A stretch of DNA of 63,418 bases, counting the filler, from Trichomonas gallinae (lineage: Eukaryota): assembly GCA_008369845.1 (NCBI GenBank). It is 8 parts of 8 records of this genome, joined end to end, with 100 filler letters (N's around TTAATTAATTAA, not from the genome) between each part and the next. Parts side by side here need not be neighbours in the genome. Positions count along the whole stretch, not along the records: positions 24,795 to 37,696 come from MRSU01000235.1; positions 37,797 to 54,724 come from MRSU01000236.1; 6 more parts are not named here. One strand, 5' to 3'. This document shows positions 33,003-44,378 of the stretch, piece by piece. The stretch's first letter is position 1; every line of letters starts with the position of its first letter. Made by a program: the position numbers and the translations under genes. The notes beneath the pieces are model-generated. The model saw only the letters and a program-made list of their open reading frames with translations. It was not told the origin of the DNA and did not search any database.

Positions 33003-33683
33003 CTAATATGGATAAGCAAGTCCTTGTTTCCTGAGGAATGTAGTAAGAAGATTACGCAGCTCTCTAACAGTTTCTGATTGTAATTCGATTAATTCAATTT
33101 TATTTGTATCGTCTTTAATAAGGTCGGGCTGCATTTGCTTTACTAATGCACGAACAGCCTCTTTATCCGCTTTTTCTGTCAGCAAATCCATTGCACATTG
33201 AATTGAAATCAACTCTTTTTCAGACGGCAGTTGTCGAATGTTAATCTTAGATGCTGCTGGATTTCCTAATTTGAATTGTGATGGTGACTCGTCAAGTAGT
33301 TGACCAATTTTTGTTCTAAGTCTCGCGGTTTCTTCGCAAAATCCTTCTGCTGTAGTAATAATTAGATCTCTTGCATATTTTTTGAACATTTTTATTAAGT
33401 GATTGATCAAAAACGTAAGGAAAGCAATATCGCTATTATATTTTGCGCAATTTTTGGCGATCAATTCAATATCTTTGACCCAATCTTTGATAGTTGTATA
33501 TGATCCATTTCGTATTTTTTCGATAACAGTATTGAAGCACATTGGCTGGGTAATAACTTCGTAATAATCAGGTTCACAGTCAACACCGACAATCGGGAGT
33601 TTCACAAAGTATTTCGCTCCAGGAAGATCCATGACTTTTTGAGTGATTTCTATCATCCTCGCTAGAGTCTTATAATCTAACAT
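33003..33683 (-). CDS. Single-bromodomain protein with ET-like C-terminus
   Basis: PDYYEVITQPMCF, DIELIAKNCAKYN; C-terminal IELIELQSETVREL. Confidence 0.88.
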   Translation of the reverse strand: MLDYKTLARMIEITQKVMDLPGAKYFVKLPIVGVDCEPDYYEVITQPMCFNTVIEKIRNGSYTTIKDWVKDIELIAKNCAKYNSDIAFLTFLINHLIKMFKKYARDLIITTAEGFCEETARLRTKIGQLLDESPSQFKLGNPAASKINIRQLPSEKELISIQCAMDLLTEKADKEAVRALVKQMQPDLIKDDTNKIELIELQSETVRELRNLLTTFLRKQGLAYPY

Positions 33684-33904
33684 TCTTATAATATTATTGA
33701 GGGAGAGTCACCAGATTTTGAACTTTTTCACTCGGACAGATTTATATGTTATCTCTTGGTTTTTGATGCATCCACACGATGTCATTTACTCAATCTAAAG
33801 GATAGAAACACAGAAACCAATGTTGCTAAAGATATCATTGAAATTAATTTTCGTATTATGTACTATTTAACAATAAAACAAAAAAACAATATGGGTATAG
33901 AGTT

Positions 33905-34636
33905 CTAAATGGCAGACTGAGGAAGCAATGAATCTAATCTTGCTTTCAATGCAACAAGTGTTGAAGGTTTAAGAGCTGAAGGTACAATTTCTAAAACATC
34001 ACCTGACTGTTGTATGTATGGTTCTTCATCTTCAATTACCTCGTAAAGCGAAAGAATAATATTTTCATCTGTGATAGAGTTGATTTGTTTAACAAGCTTA
34101 GTAATAACAGCCTTACTTAGTTTTTTAACTTGCAATTTCTTCTTTGTTTTAAGTGATTTTGTGGTCTTATCTTTGGTTTTTCCTGCTAATGATTTGAATA
34201 TAGGTGATTTTGATGCCGAAGTTCCGCTTTCATAACATTTTGTAGCCTGTTTAAGTTGTTCTCTTAGTCCAATAAGCTTGGAGCACCAATCTCCGTATGG
34301 ATCATCGGATAAATACATTGAAAGCTCATTAAATGCATCTTGAATTTCGGTTGTAATCATGACGAGCGTTTGATTGTTTTTATTGTAAGTTAGCGAATTA
34401 GTCCAAACTAAATCAACGTCGGATTTCCATTCCGCTACAGTGGAATATTTATTTTCTTCGAGTTTTTGTGCGATTGTTCCCAGATCCATAGGATTTTTGA
34501 TTATTTCTGGGTAATCTGGACAATTATCCGAAACTGGATCAACAGGGCGCGAGAACATTTGAGATATTGCTTTGCTCCTTATTTTTTCCATGATTTCTTT
34601 CATTTTTGTTCGCTGATCATCAGTTAAGGTTGACAT
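33905..34636 (-). CDS. Single-bromodomain protein with ET-like C-terminus
   Basis: FSRPVDP, PDYPEIIKNPMDL, DVDLVWTNSLTYN; C-terminal LEIVPSALKPSTLVAL. Confidence 0.92.
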   Translation of the reverse strand: MSTLTDDQRTKMKEIMEKIRSKAISQMFSRPVDPVSDNCPDYPEIIKNPMDLGTIAQKLEENKYSTVAEWKSDVDLVWTNSLTYNKNNQTLVMITTEIQDAFNELSMYLSDDPYGDWCSKLIGLREQLKQATKCYESGTSASKSPIFKSLAGKTKDKTTKSLKTKKKLQVKKLSKAVITKLVKQINSITDENIILSLYEVIEDEEPYIQQSGDVLEIVPSALKPSTLVALKARLDSLLPQSAI

Positions 34637-34837
34637 TTATCAATATTGTCACTTTAATTTTTGACAACTTGACGATGTAAATATTAAATTTTTGTCATGT
34701 AAATATCATTTTTCGACAAATTGTTAAGGTAATTTTTGTCATGTAAACAAAAATTTTAATTTTGACACTTTGATAATGTAAATTTAGAATTTTGCTTTGT
34801 AAACGTCAAAATAAATTTATTTGGCAAAATATTTTGA

Positions 34838-37294
34838 ATGGAAAATAATCGACATAAAATCATACGTTTGTGGATGGAAGAAAGAGGCAATGTTATGTCT
34901 AAAACGCGCACTCTTGTCATCCAGCGTCTGCAAGAGGAACTAGAAGATCTCAAAAATAAGAATTATAATGCAGAAGCTCTTGAAATGAAATATAAAACGT
35001 TAGAAAAAATGTATCTGGTCGCGGAAAAGCAATGGAAGCTTAAATTAGACGATTTAGAATATATAAATGAATCTTTAGAAGGAGAGAATCGCTCATTAAG
35101 AGATGCTCTTTCGAAATTGCAACTTAAAATCTCAAATACGTTTTTAACACATAAAAAAGTCGATGATAGTGAACTTGCGTTTTGGAAAGAAAAGGCTAAC
35201 AAATGGAAATTAAAATATAGAGCATTAGAAGCAGCAGATCCAAATGCACGCGCATTATTAGAAAAAGACAAACTCGATATTACAGTTCAGACAATAACAG
35301 CAGAACTAGAGGCTGTAAAATCGGAATTAGCTATTGCAAAAGCACAAAAACAAAAGGTTGTCGATCAATTAGAAAGAGCAAATAACACTCTCAAGTTTTT
35401 GAACGGAATGGTTAAAGATTACGATGAGAAGAACTCAAATCTTGCTACAAAAAATAATCAACTGTTATCTGAGAAACAAAAGATCGATGCTGACAAGAAG
35501 CAGAAAGAAAATCTACTTAAACACAGTCGCTCCAAAGAAATCAAACACCAAAAGGAGATGAAGGAGAAAGATAAGCAAGTTATTATCGCAGAAAAGCAAA
35601 ATAAACAAGCTCTTGCTGAGAAATCTCAAGAGGTCAACGAAATGGCACAAACTTTGGCCCAGGAGACGAAGCAAAGAAAGAAAGCTGAAAAGAAACTCAA
35701 AAATGCTATAGATGGACACAAAAACGAAGTCAGTTCTCTCAGTGAAGAAATCGAGGTCTTGAAAGAAGAAAACAAATCTCTTCGAACGAGTCTGCAAGAA
35801 ATTTCCCAAAACGCTTCATCGATCAAAGACAAGTTCGACCTAGTACAAGAACAGAAGCAGAGCCTAGAAAAACAACTCTCAAGAGCCGAGAAATTCAAGG
35901 TTAAAGCTGACCAACTGCAACAGACAGTCACAGAGTTACAAAACACGATAACAAACTTAACAGGCGACATCAACAACGTAACAGCACAGACTGCAAGTCA
36001 ATACGATGATCTCAAGATATTACTCACGCGCCACAACAACGATTACACACCAGGAAACTGGTCCAAAGACATGAACTTCATCAGCCAGAAATTCCAAGAA
36101 CTAGCTCAAGCGCACAACGAGATACACAGACTTGACAAACAAATCGCGAAGTTATCTCATGAACTTGATAACAGAGGCAAAGAAATCAACAACAGAGATG
36201 ACAGAATAAATGAATTAACAATTCATGTTCAGCAATTAACGGATGCGTTGACAGCAAGAGGAAAAGTTGTCCAGTTTAATCACGACCAAGTTGGTCCTAA
36301 ACTTGTTCTTCCTGATGATGTTAATTTCAACCAGCAGAACGCCCCTAATTCCACGCAGAATATGATAAACTTCAGGGCAGCTGTTACAAAGAAAATCGAT
36401 ACTACACTTTTCGAAGTGACAAACGCAATAAGAGAAATAAATGAAATGCTAAAGCCTACAGAATCAACATCACCCAGTGCAAGGGGTTTGGTGCTGAGCA
36501 TGGCTTTCTTAATAAGATGGATACACTTCGATTCGCTTTCTGAGTTCGATAATTCTACCATTTTGAACTATTCTGGAACTCCTAATCGCGAAAATCAGCA
36601 TCCTGTTTATGATTTGAAGGAGAGAGTCCGAGGGTTGCTTGAACATAAAGAACACATTGAGAATAGCTACACGAAAGCTGATGAACAGTCGAATAAGTTA
36701 AATCAAGAAATTCAAGAACTGAAAACTCAGCTTGAAAATTCAAAGAAATCAAGCGACACGAATTCGGCTAAAGCCAGTGCTATGCAACTAACTGTTTCAA
36801 CGCTCGAGAACCAAGTTAAGAACATGGTTCCAAAAATGGATCTTATGAAGGTACAAAAAGAGCTTGAAACTAAAACAATAGAGTACAGAAACATATCAGA
36901 ACAATTGTCAGAGCTCAAGACGGAGATGAACAAGCTTCTGAATACTATAGATAGTAACCAGCAAATCACTGAAGAACAGAGACTTTCAATCATTACTCTC
37001 AATGAAAACAACGAGGTTTTGCAGCAAAAACTCGAAACAGCGCTTAAAGAACTGAGTGCTTGCCAGTTGACAATCAAGGAGAAGACACGAGAAATACTCG
37101 CTTTAGAAAGAAGATTATCCAGAACCCAAGGACAAGTTGCTATTGTTAAAGATACGATTTCATTGACTGAGCAACCGAAACTTGCAAAAGTGGCGCTTGA
37201 TGCAAACAGATCTGCTTTCTTCATCAATGATACTGTCAGAGAGGACTTAGAACAGATGAAGTTAAGACTCATGAATCACACTGAATTCTATTAA
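34838..37294 (+). CDS. Long coiled-coil protein
   Basis: 818-aa E/K/Q/L-rich heptad sequence; the start may be ATG 34874, which follows an Inr-like TCATA. Confidence 0.8.
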   Translation: MENNRHKIIRLWMEERGNVMSKTRTLVIQRLQEELEDLKNKNYNAEALEMKYKTLEKMYLVAEKQWKLKLDDLEYINESLEGENRSLRDALSKLQLKISNTFLTHKKVDDSELAFWKEKANKWKLKYRALEAADPNARALLEKDKLDITVQTITAELEAVKSELAIAKAQKQKVVDQLERANNTLKFLNGMVKDYDEKNSNLATKNNQLLSEKQKIDADKKQKENLLKHSRSKEIKHQKEMKEKDKQVIIAEKQNKQALAEKSQEVNEMAQTLAQETKQRKKAEKKLKNAIDGHKNEVSSLSEEIEVLKEENKSLRTSLQEISQNASSIKDKFDLVQEQKQSLEKQLSRAEKFKVKADQLQQTVTELQNTITNLTGDINNVTAQTASQYDDLKILLTRHNNDYTPGNWSKDMNFISQKFQELAQAHNEIHRLDKQIAKLSHELDNRGKEINNRDDRINELTIHVQQLTDALTARGKVVQFNHDQVGPKLVLPDDVNFNQQNAPNSTQNMINFRAAVTKKIDTTLFEVTNAIREINEMLKPTESTSPSARGLVLSMAFLIRWIHFDSLSEFDNSTILNYSGTPNRENQHPVYDLKERVRGLLEHKEHIENSYTKADEQSNKLNQEIQELKTQLENSKKSSDTNSAKASAMQLTVSTLENQVKNMVPKMDLMKVQKELETKTIEYRNISEQLSELKTEMNKLLNTIDSNQQITEEQRLSIITLNENNEVLQQKLETALKELSACQLTIKEKTREILALERRLSRTQGQVAIVKDTISLTEQPKLAKVALDANRSAFFINDTVREDLEQMKLRLMNHTEFY

Positions 37295-37696
37295 TTTTTT
37301 GTATATTTTTGTTATTAAAACAATCATGTTTGATATTTTATATACAACTATTTCTAAATATATAATTCCATAGAGAATGTCTATTACACAATTGAATTAT
37401 TGAGATTCAATATTATTGTGGATGAATCGGCATTAGCTTAAAAATATATTAGTTTTGAATATATTTATTATATACTGAATACTCAATGAATTATAAAACG
37501 TGATATTAATTTGAAATTTAGATTTACAATTTCATTATGTGTAATACATTGCAAACCTTCTTACTATGCATTATAAACTTGTAAAACTACCCAATTCGAT
37601 ATTTGAAATTAAAAGAAAAGGTCCCTCGGAGGTTTGAAAATCTGAATTTTGGATCCATTCTTCGTATATATGGGCCATAAACCATAGGGATACTCC

Positions 37697-37796
37697 NNNN
37701 NNNNNNNNNNNNNNNNNNNNNNNNNNNNNNNNNNNNNNNNTTAATTAATTAANNNNNNNNNNNNNNNNNNNNNNNNNNNNNNNNNNNNNNNNNNNN
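37697..37796. other. Artificial contig-joining spacer
   Basis: 44 N + TTAATTAATTAA + 44 N. Confidence 0.98.
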
Positions 37797-38721
37797 TTTT
37801 TTTTTTTTTTTTTTTTTTTGTAAATTGAATGATATAGAAAATTTTGAGGTAAAACGTAATTGAAAAGCAAATCAACGTAAAAATTATTTATCGACAATAC
37901 AAATGTGGATACTGATTCAAATAAAAAACTATTGCTATTCCAAATCAAAATGTTAGCATGTTTTAAATATGAAACGTTTTTTTTTAAAGTTCTACAAAAA
38001 AGTGAATAAACATGATTTGTTTATATTATTAAATCCAAGGAAAGATTTCTTGCAGTAGTCTTGAAATTGTGGGTCTTTTGAATTAAGATAGGATGAACAA
38101 GGCAAATTTTTTTGCACTAATATTTTGTGATAAATGAAATCTATTTATTGAATTTTCAGATCAATTCAAATAATTTAATTCAAATTTTAATCAACAGATC
38201 TATCATTGATTAGATAGCTAAGTGTATTATAATCATTTTCAAAGCAATTCTATTATTTGAATTAAAAGTCAATAAAATCTATGAAAGATAACTAATGTAG
38301 TAAGAATTATAGAAATCTATCGAATCAGATTGTAAAGGCAGGTTATTATCTTCAAAAAATTGTGTATATATTTATTTAATTTTCTATAGTTTCATAAATA
38401 GAAACAAATAAAATCTCATCATTGAACCATAACCGAAAGAAATCATTCCAAACTAAATCCAAACTAAAATAAATATTATCATAGTCAATATAATAATATT
38501 ATGCAAGCTAAAATAGAAAAAAACGTTAAACTTCACAATACAATTCTTTACTTCACAAAATTATTTTTGCTCAATTACATCCTATCAAATTACAATACTT
38601 CACAATTCTTTTTTTAGATCATTATCATTCCAAAATGATAACTGCATATATTGATTCCATTTATGAAATTGAGAAGACTACAAAGTGAGGTGTCGATAGC
38701 CTCATCACATCATTTTCTCTA

Positions 38722-39288
38722 ATGAATGGTGATCCGAATCAAACGAGTACCAAACTAAGAGCCGTTGCTGTTGATGTGATCAAAATGAGAGAGCGTCCTT
38801 TAGCTTCCCATGAAATAGAGACCTGGATTAGAGAAAATGATAAGCACCTGGCTGACCTTATTAGTTCCAAATGCTCTGATTATGTTAGAATCATATTGAG
38901 TGTTACACAGGATAACTGCATTGTCAAGTATAAGAGCCTCGTACCGATTCCTGGTGTTGATAAGCGCTCAACATTCTACGGATTGAGCGACGGAAACTAT
39001 AACCAATCAGAGTGGGTTCAAATAAACGCAAAACCAACGAAAACTAAAAAAATTGTCTCCAAAAAGCCAACACAATTCTTAATTCCGACCCCAAAACCAG
39101 TTGTTCCGGCTGTTATTGAGTTCCCAGACTTCGATCAGCTGTCACTCCCCAATATTAGCGAGGATTATATGGTCTTAGGTGACTTTTTAGACGAGTATAG
39201 ATTTGATTCTCTTTCTTCACAAATGTGCATTGAAAACATTTTTGAAGATAAAGATGTCGACGCTTATGACAAATTCTTCGATTTCTAA
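38722..39288 (+). CDS. Hypothetical protein; possible N-terminal winged-helix-like domain and acidic tail
   Basis: Inr TCATT just upstream; globular N-terminus (RPLASHEIETWIRE...DYVRIILS...FYGL), basic linker, acidic/aromatic C-terminus. Confidence 0.75.
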   Translation: MNGDPNQTSTKLRAVAVDVIKMRERPLASHEIETWIRENDKHLADLISSKCSDYVRIILSVTQDNCIVKYKSLVPIPGVDKRSTFYGLSDGNYNQSEWVQINAKPTKTKKIVSKKPTQFLIPTPKPVVPAVIEFPDFDQLSLPNISEDYMVLGDFLDEYRFDSLSSQMCIENIFEDKDVDAYDKFFDF

Positions 39289-41617
39289 TTTGGTTATCAT
39301 AGAATTTGCACCTTGTTTTGTTAATTTGGCTTCAATTATCTTATTGATAGTCAATATGCGTAAATATTATTATACAGATAGTTACAAAAAGAATATTAAT
39401 TACGTTTTTAACCTACTTTATGCCTTAAACAGATTTGCCCATATTGTGAAAGTCATCAAATGCTTCTTGGACAACTAAAATCTATTATATTATGAATGTG
39501 AATGATAATAAACCAGAAATAACAGCCTTTGGGAGCAAATTTAATCGAATGAAAATTTCAAAGCTCTCGATCGATAAAAATAGCTCATAAACTTGTAGTA
39601 TATCAGCAAAACTTAAAGATAAGAAGCGATTTCAATGAATAATTGCAAAATCGAAAATATTTTCAATGAAATATGAAAAATTTTGATGTAATAAGCTATA
39701 ATATAACATAGTATTCCAAAAGCACAAAGTTTGAATAAAATAAGAGTTTTGAATCGATTTTCATTGTTTCTGACATAGACAAAAAAGTAAAATTGAATTC
39801 AACTTTTTAAAAATTCATAAATTCAACATGAATTATCATATCATATTTTTATGGTTTTAAATTTCTGATTATTCAATTTTTTTATGTTTTGTGGAATTTG
39901 ATTTCCAGTGTTGAAAATGACGTAAAAATTTCGTATTTCATATTATACATTTACACAAGTTATATTTATGACTTTAATTTTTACAGTTGATTTTGGTCTG
40001 TAAGATTCATCAAAAACAAAGTATTTATACATGTTTAGATATATATATCCAAGAAATCACATTTTTGTTACTTTTTCTCAAACCAACAATATTGTTGGAA
40101 CCCAAGAATCCGTCATACAACTTAATTGTCGCGTACTTTCTGGTTCTTATTATTTATGCATGCGACATCAATCAAAAAAATTCCAAAATCTCACAGTAAA
40201 TTTTTAGCAATAATCGTAGTTTTGATATCAAGGCCTGAAATGGTGCAAATAGATGATTTTATCAGAATATATTACTATTTCAGCTCCGAAATCTATGAAT
40301 ATCGTCATCGAAAAATCGATCTGAAAATTTAGACCATGTTAGAACGAAACTGTATCAAAGATCATATTTTAAAGAGTCTATACTAGAATAGTACCACTTC
40401 ATTAATCGATTTAATCGCATTTTTGCTTAGCGATATGCTCTATAGTAAGTACCAACAAAGTTATTTATTCAGAATCATATTGCATAGCCTAAACAATAGG
40501 ACTTTCATGTCAATTTCTTTATCTTACCCGATATTACTCTTGTTGAAAATAATATTAAAGACCAATTTTTTGTCTTTTTAAAGTCAGTAATGAGTTCCAC
40601 ATCCGTAGTATATTAATATTCTACCAAGTTTTTCCTCGAAAGATAATATTTTTTTGAATTTTTTTAAACAATGAAAATATCTTTGTTAATTCTTATTTCG
40701 GAATAAAGTATTATCAACATATAAGAATGCAAAAGCAGGATATCATGAAACTCATGCATTTCATTGGTCTCGAGAATCAATATGTGATTAATTCAACCTT
40801 TTTCATACTAAATTATTCCATCATTTGGGCCCATGGATGATGAATCTTTGGCGAAATAGAGAATTGGCCGATCAAGCACACTAAACACATTACGAAATCA
40901 TTCGAATGATTTCGGTAAATGCGAAATGTCAAAAAGTGGATTTTTATTATCATATATAAGATTTCTCACGATTTTTATCTGTTATTATATGCAAACATAC
41001 CATTTTTATAAATTTCGCCCATTATGAAATTTCCGAAATTTTCGAAAAAAAAAAAAATCACGAATTGTTTGCGTTGTTACATAGTTTTGTCCACGATTTA
41101 TTATTTAGTAGGTCCTTTTATAACATATATTTATGTTACTGATTTTTTTTTTAAATAATACATATATAGAGTTGTTTATCTAAGAAATAAATCGAAGATG
41201 ATAACCTTAATTTAATGGGCAATTCGCAATTGATTAATATTTTTATCAAATGTTATTGATGCCATTAATGCAGAATGTGACAAAGCCTATTTTTTGTACA
41301 ATACTAACTTTAATCAATATGATATTGTTTCAATTCGGACAAAATATAAATGCCTATATTAATGGAGTCTTATCATTTTTTTTTTTTATTCATTGGATAA
41401 ATATCTTGACTTTTTCTTAATCAAATTAGAATGTTTAACTGGTTTCATTCTTGTTACAATTTGATGGTTTCATATGTTTTAATAATGCATGTAACAGATA
41501 ATTTACATCATGATATATATCGAAGAATTCATGAATCATTTTGAATAAATGATGAAAATCAATTTTTTTATGAAAATAAGTAATACAAACAATATATTCA
41601 TGATTAAAATAAACTTT

Positions 41618-42943
41618 CTAGTTATAAGGGCTAATGTCAGGCATTCCAGGCTGCCATGAAATTTCAATGTGTTCATTCGCAGTTGATATAGAAACAGGAT
41701 GAGATTCATGAATACTATCATATGGTGATTTACTTAACTCTGATTCATTGTTCGGCATTTGTTCCATTGATAGTCTCATCTGTATTTCATTCATTATTCG
41801 TCTCTGCTCTTCAAGTTGTGATTGTTGAGAGTTATTTTGCTCCAACAGTAAACAATCAGCTGAAATTCCTGATGCGTCACCTTTATACATTGGATTCGTT
41901 AAGTCTGTTGTGTGCGAAATGATTCTTTTAGTGGAAACTTCTTGAATACTTGCTGATAGAATAAAAATATTATCAAAAATAATAGAAAGACCAATTTGAT
42001 GCAAAATTCCGTAAATAATTTGTCCAAAAGTCGAATTAAGGAATCTAAGGTAGTGTGATCGAGGTGATAAACTAATAACGGAAGGAACATCATTTACAAT
42101 TGTTTCCATGTTGACATCAACAATATATTTCATCACTGAATTGAATTGATTGAATCCTTGGAACACAGCAATTTGTTTAGCAACTTTTTGCTTCATTTCT
42201 ACTATCTTTGAGTTTATTTCTTCATGCAATTCTTCTGAAATGCGGACTTCATGTTTAATTTGTAAAATATTGATCCTAGATTGATCAACAAATGGTCTTT
42301 CTCCTTCTGGTTCCCATGATCCATATTTAATTAACTCTCTTTGCGGTAGAAAGATGTTTCCGTATGATATTTTTTGAATTTCTTCAATATCTGGTTGAAT
42401 TGTGATCAATGGTGGATTAAAGAACATATAATTGTACATACTTTCGCAATCTTCACTATTTATGAAACAAGATTGAACACGCAGATCTTTATCCGATGAT
42501 GATTTAAATATGAATCTTTCGAAGTATTTTTCAAAAATTAATGATCTAACTCGAGCTATATCGGTCAATTTATGTCTAAATACACTGATTTTTATTGAAA
42601 ATAAGAAGGATATAAAACCAGTGAGTAATATTGATGAAGGAATCATTACAATGTAGATAATATTAGTGCTTCCAGATGATAAACACACGATTGATGTTAC
42701 TAGAAATGAAAATAATAGGTTTTGTATCAAATTCATTAATATTACGTAAAATGGTAGATAAATCGCTTTAATGAGTCTAGTAATTAACCATATGACGATA
42801 TTCAAGACTGTTAATGATGCAAAAATGATGATAAATCCGTATGGAATTGGAGAACCAAAATAAAATTCGGTCTGTGTTAAACATTTTGTATCTCCAGTCT
42901 CATATTTAACCATATATCGACATGGAGACTCTGGCTCTTGCAT
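41618..42943 (-). CDS. Multi-pass membrane protein (hypothetical)
   Basis: Three N-terminal hydrophobic helices, a soluble middle region, a further hydrophobic segment and a Q/S-rich tail. Confidence 0.75.
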   Translation of the reverse strand: MQEPESPCRYMVKYETGDTKCLTQTEFYFGSPIPYGFIIIFASLTVLNIVIWLITRLIKAIYLPFYVILMNLIQNLLFSFLVTSIVCLSSGSTNIIYIVMIPSSILLTGFISFLFSIKISVFRHKLTDIARVRSLIFEKYFERFIFKSSSDKDLRVQSCFINSEDCESMYNYMFFNPPLITIQPDIEEIQKISYGNIFLPQRELIKYGSWEPEGERPFVDQSRINILQIKHEVRISEELHEEINSKIVEMKQKVAKQIAVFQGFNQFNSVMKYIVDVNMETIVNDVPSVISLSPRSHYLRFLNSTFGQIIYGILHQIGLSIIFDNIFILSASIQEVSTKRIISHTTDLTNPMYKGDASGISADCLLLEQNNSQQSQLEEQRRIMNEIQMRLSMEQMPNNESELSKSPYDSIHESHPVSISTANEHIEISWQPGMPDISPYN

Positions 42944-43172
42944 GTGTCTTTAATAAAATTAAAATATTATTGACTAATGTAATAATATGTTATGTCCAAT
43001 ATTTAATCTAACTAAAAAATTAATTTTCAATAAATATCATAATTGCAATATGATATTGTTATTAATACATCACTAAATATTACTCAAAATATATCCAATT
43101 TGATAACAACGCATAATAAAATTAAACAATTTATAATAAAATATAAATACAAACAATAATATATTATAATAA

Positions 43173-44378
43173 CTACTTTGGGAATTTCGTGTAGTCATGT
43201 TTAGCATATGGAGTAACCTGCCAGTCTCCAAGAACAGGACAAGCCTTCATGATCATTAAAGTTGGGGGCCCTCGTCTATCGTATTGATGCATAACAGCTG
43301 GTATAGTGCCATCTTTGTATTGCGTGAATCCTTTCTCGCTGTATTCCCATGAAAAGTCAGAGCAATAAGCAGAAACTAAATGATGCTTAAAATCTACGTA
43401 CATGACATCATCTAGCTTATGGTGATACCATAGATAGTTGAGGAGTCCTTGGTCCTGACATTTGGTATTGATCCATTCCCAATATGACAGATTTACATAT
43501 TTTCGATAAAATTTAATTAATGCTGTCGTTGTTCCGCCAAATAGACCAGAGCATATTGGATATAATCTGTAGTAGAACGACTTCTTGAATTTTGGATCAA
43601 TAGCTTTCAACCATCTCAGATTTACTCGATTTTTACTGTATTTCACAGTTTCATATGAAAATTGGACTTTTCCTAAACTGAAATCTTCATTAAATGGATC
43701 ACGTTGGAAAATAGTATCGTAAATATCCAAGATAATAACTCTATCGAAATCTTTTTCATACATATTCACGAAAAGTGCAAAAAACAAATGTCTGAGTAAA
43801 TTTCCGTGTATACCATTAACTCTAAAAAAATCAGGCATTGAGAGTAATGTGACACCACAATTCTCAAGGTGTTTTCTATATATTTGTGTCATGTTACTTG
43901 TTGCATTTACGCTAATCATAACAACAATTGACGCCTTACATCCTGTTGATCTTATTGATCTGATTAAAGTTAGGAAGTTTAGTAGCTTATTTCCGTAAAT
44001 TAAACCTAAAATTACATCTCTTGGAGATGAGTTAGCAAATTCGGCTGTAGAGTTCATATCACATAAGGAACAATTCGTAGATATATGTTTTTTAATGAGA
44101 TTCGGAGTTTCTGGATCGTGAAACCAATCAATTCTTCCAATATTGCTTTCTGCGTATGAAATTGCTTCTGATATGAATGATTTAGAATGATTGAATTCGG
44201 TAATGTTGATAGAAAGATGTAAAATTGCTTCTCTGGTTAAATTTGGATTTAAAATCTTGATAAATATCATAATATGTAATATTATTGACATTGATGCTAT
44301 CAATACTGATGCTTCATATATGAAATACGTGTTTATTGATCGCTGGAAGACTCTTCTATACTTCCCGCGAATAATCAT
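43173..44378 (-). CDS. Type II membrane GT-A-fold glycosyltransferase-like protein
   Basis: N-terminal TM anchor; DIYDTIFQRDPF, CSGLFGGT, DQGLLNY and HQYDR motifs. Confidence 0.7.
   Translation of the reverse strand: MIIRGKYRRVFQRSINTYFIYEASVLIASMSIILHIMIFIKILNPNLTREAILHLSINITEFNHSKSFISEAISYAESNIGRIDWFHDPETPNLIKKHISTNCSLCDMNSTAEFANSSPRDVILGLIYGNKLLNFLTLIRSIRSTGCKASIVVMISVNATSNMTQIYRKHLENCGVTLLSMPDFFRVNGIHGNLLRHLFFALFVNMYEKDFDRVIILDIYDTIFQRDPFNEDFSLGKVQFSYETVKYSKNRVNLRWLKAIDPKFKKSFYYRLYPICSGLFGGTTTALIKFYRKYVNLSYWEWINTKCQDQGLLNYLWYHHKLDDVMYVDFKHHLVSAYCSDFSWEYSEKGFTQYKDGTIPAVMHQYDRRGPPTLMIMKACPVLGDWQVTPYAKHDYTKFPK

Noticed and set aside
40837..40880. ATGATGA box C-like motif suggesting a C/D snoRNA
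   Set aside because: No properly placed CTGA box D or terminal stem, and no convincing rRNA complementarity
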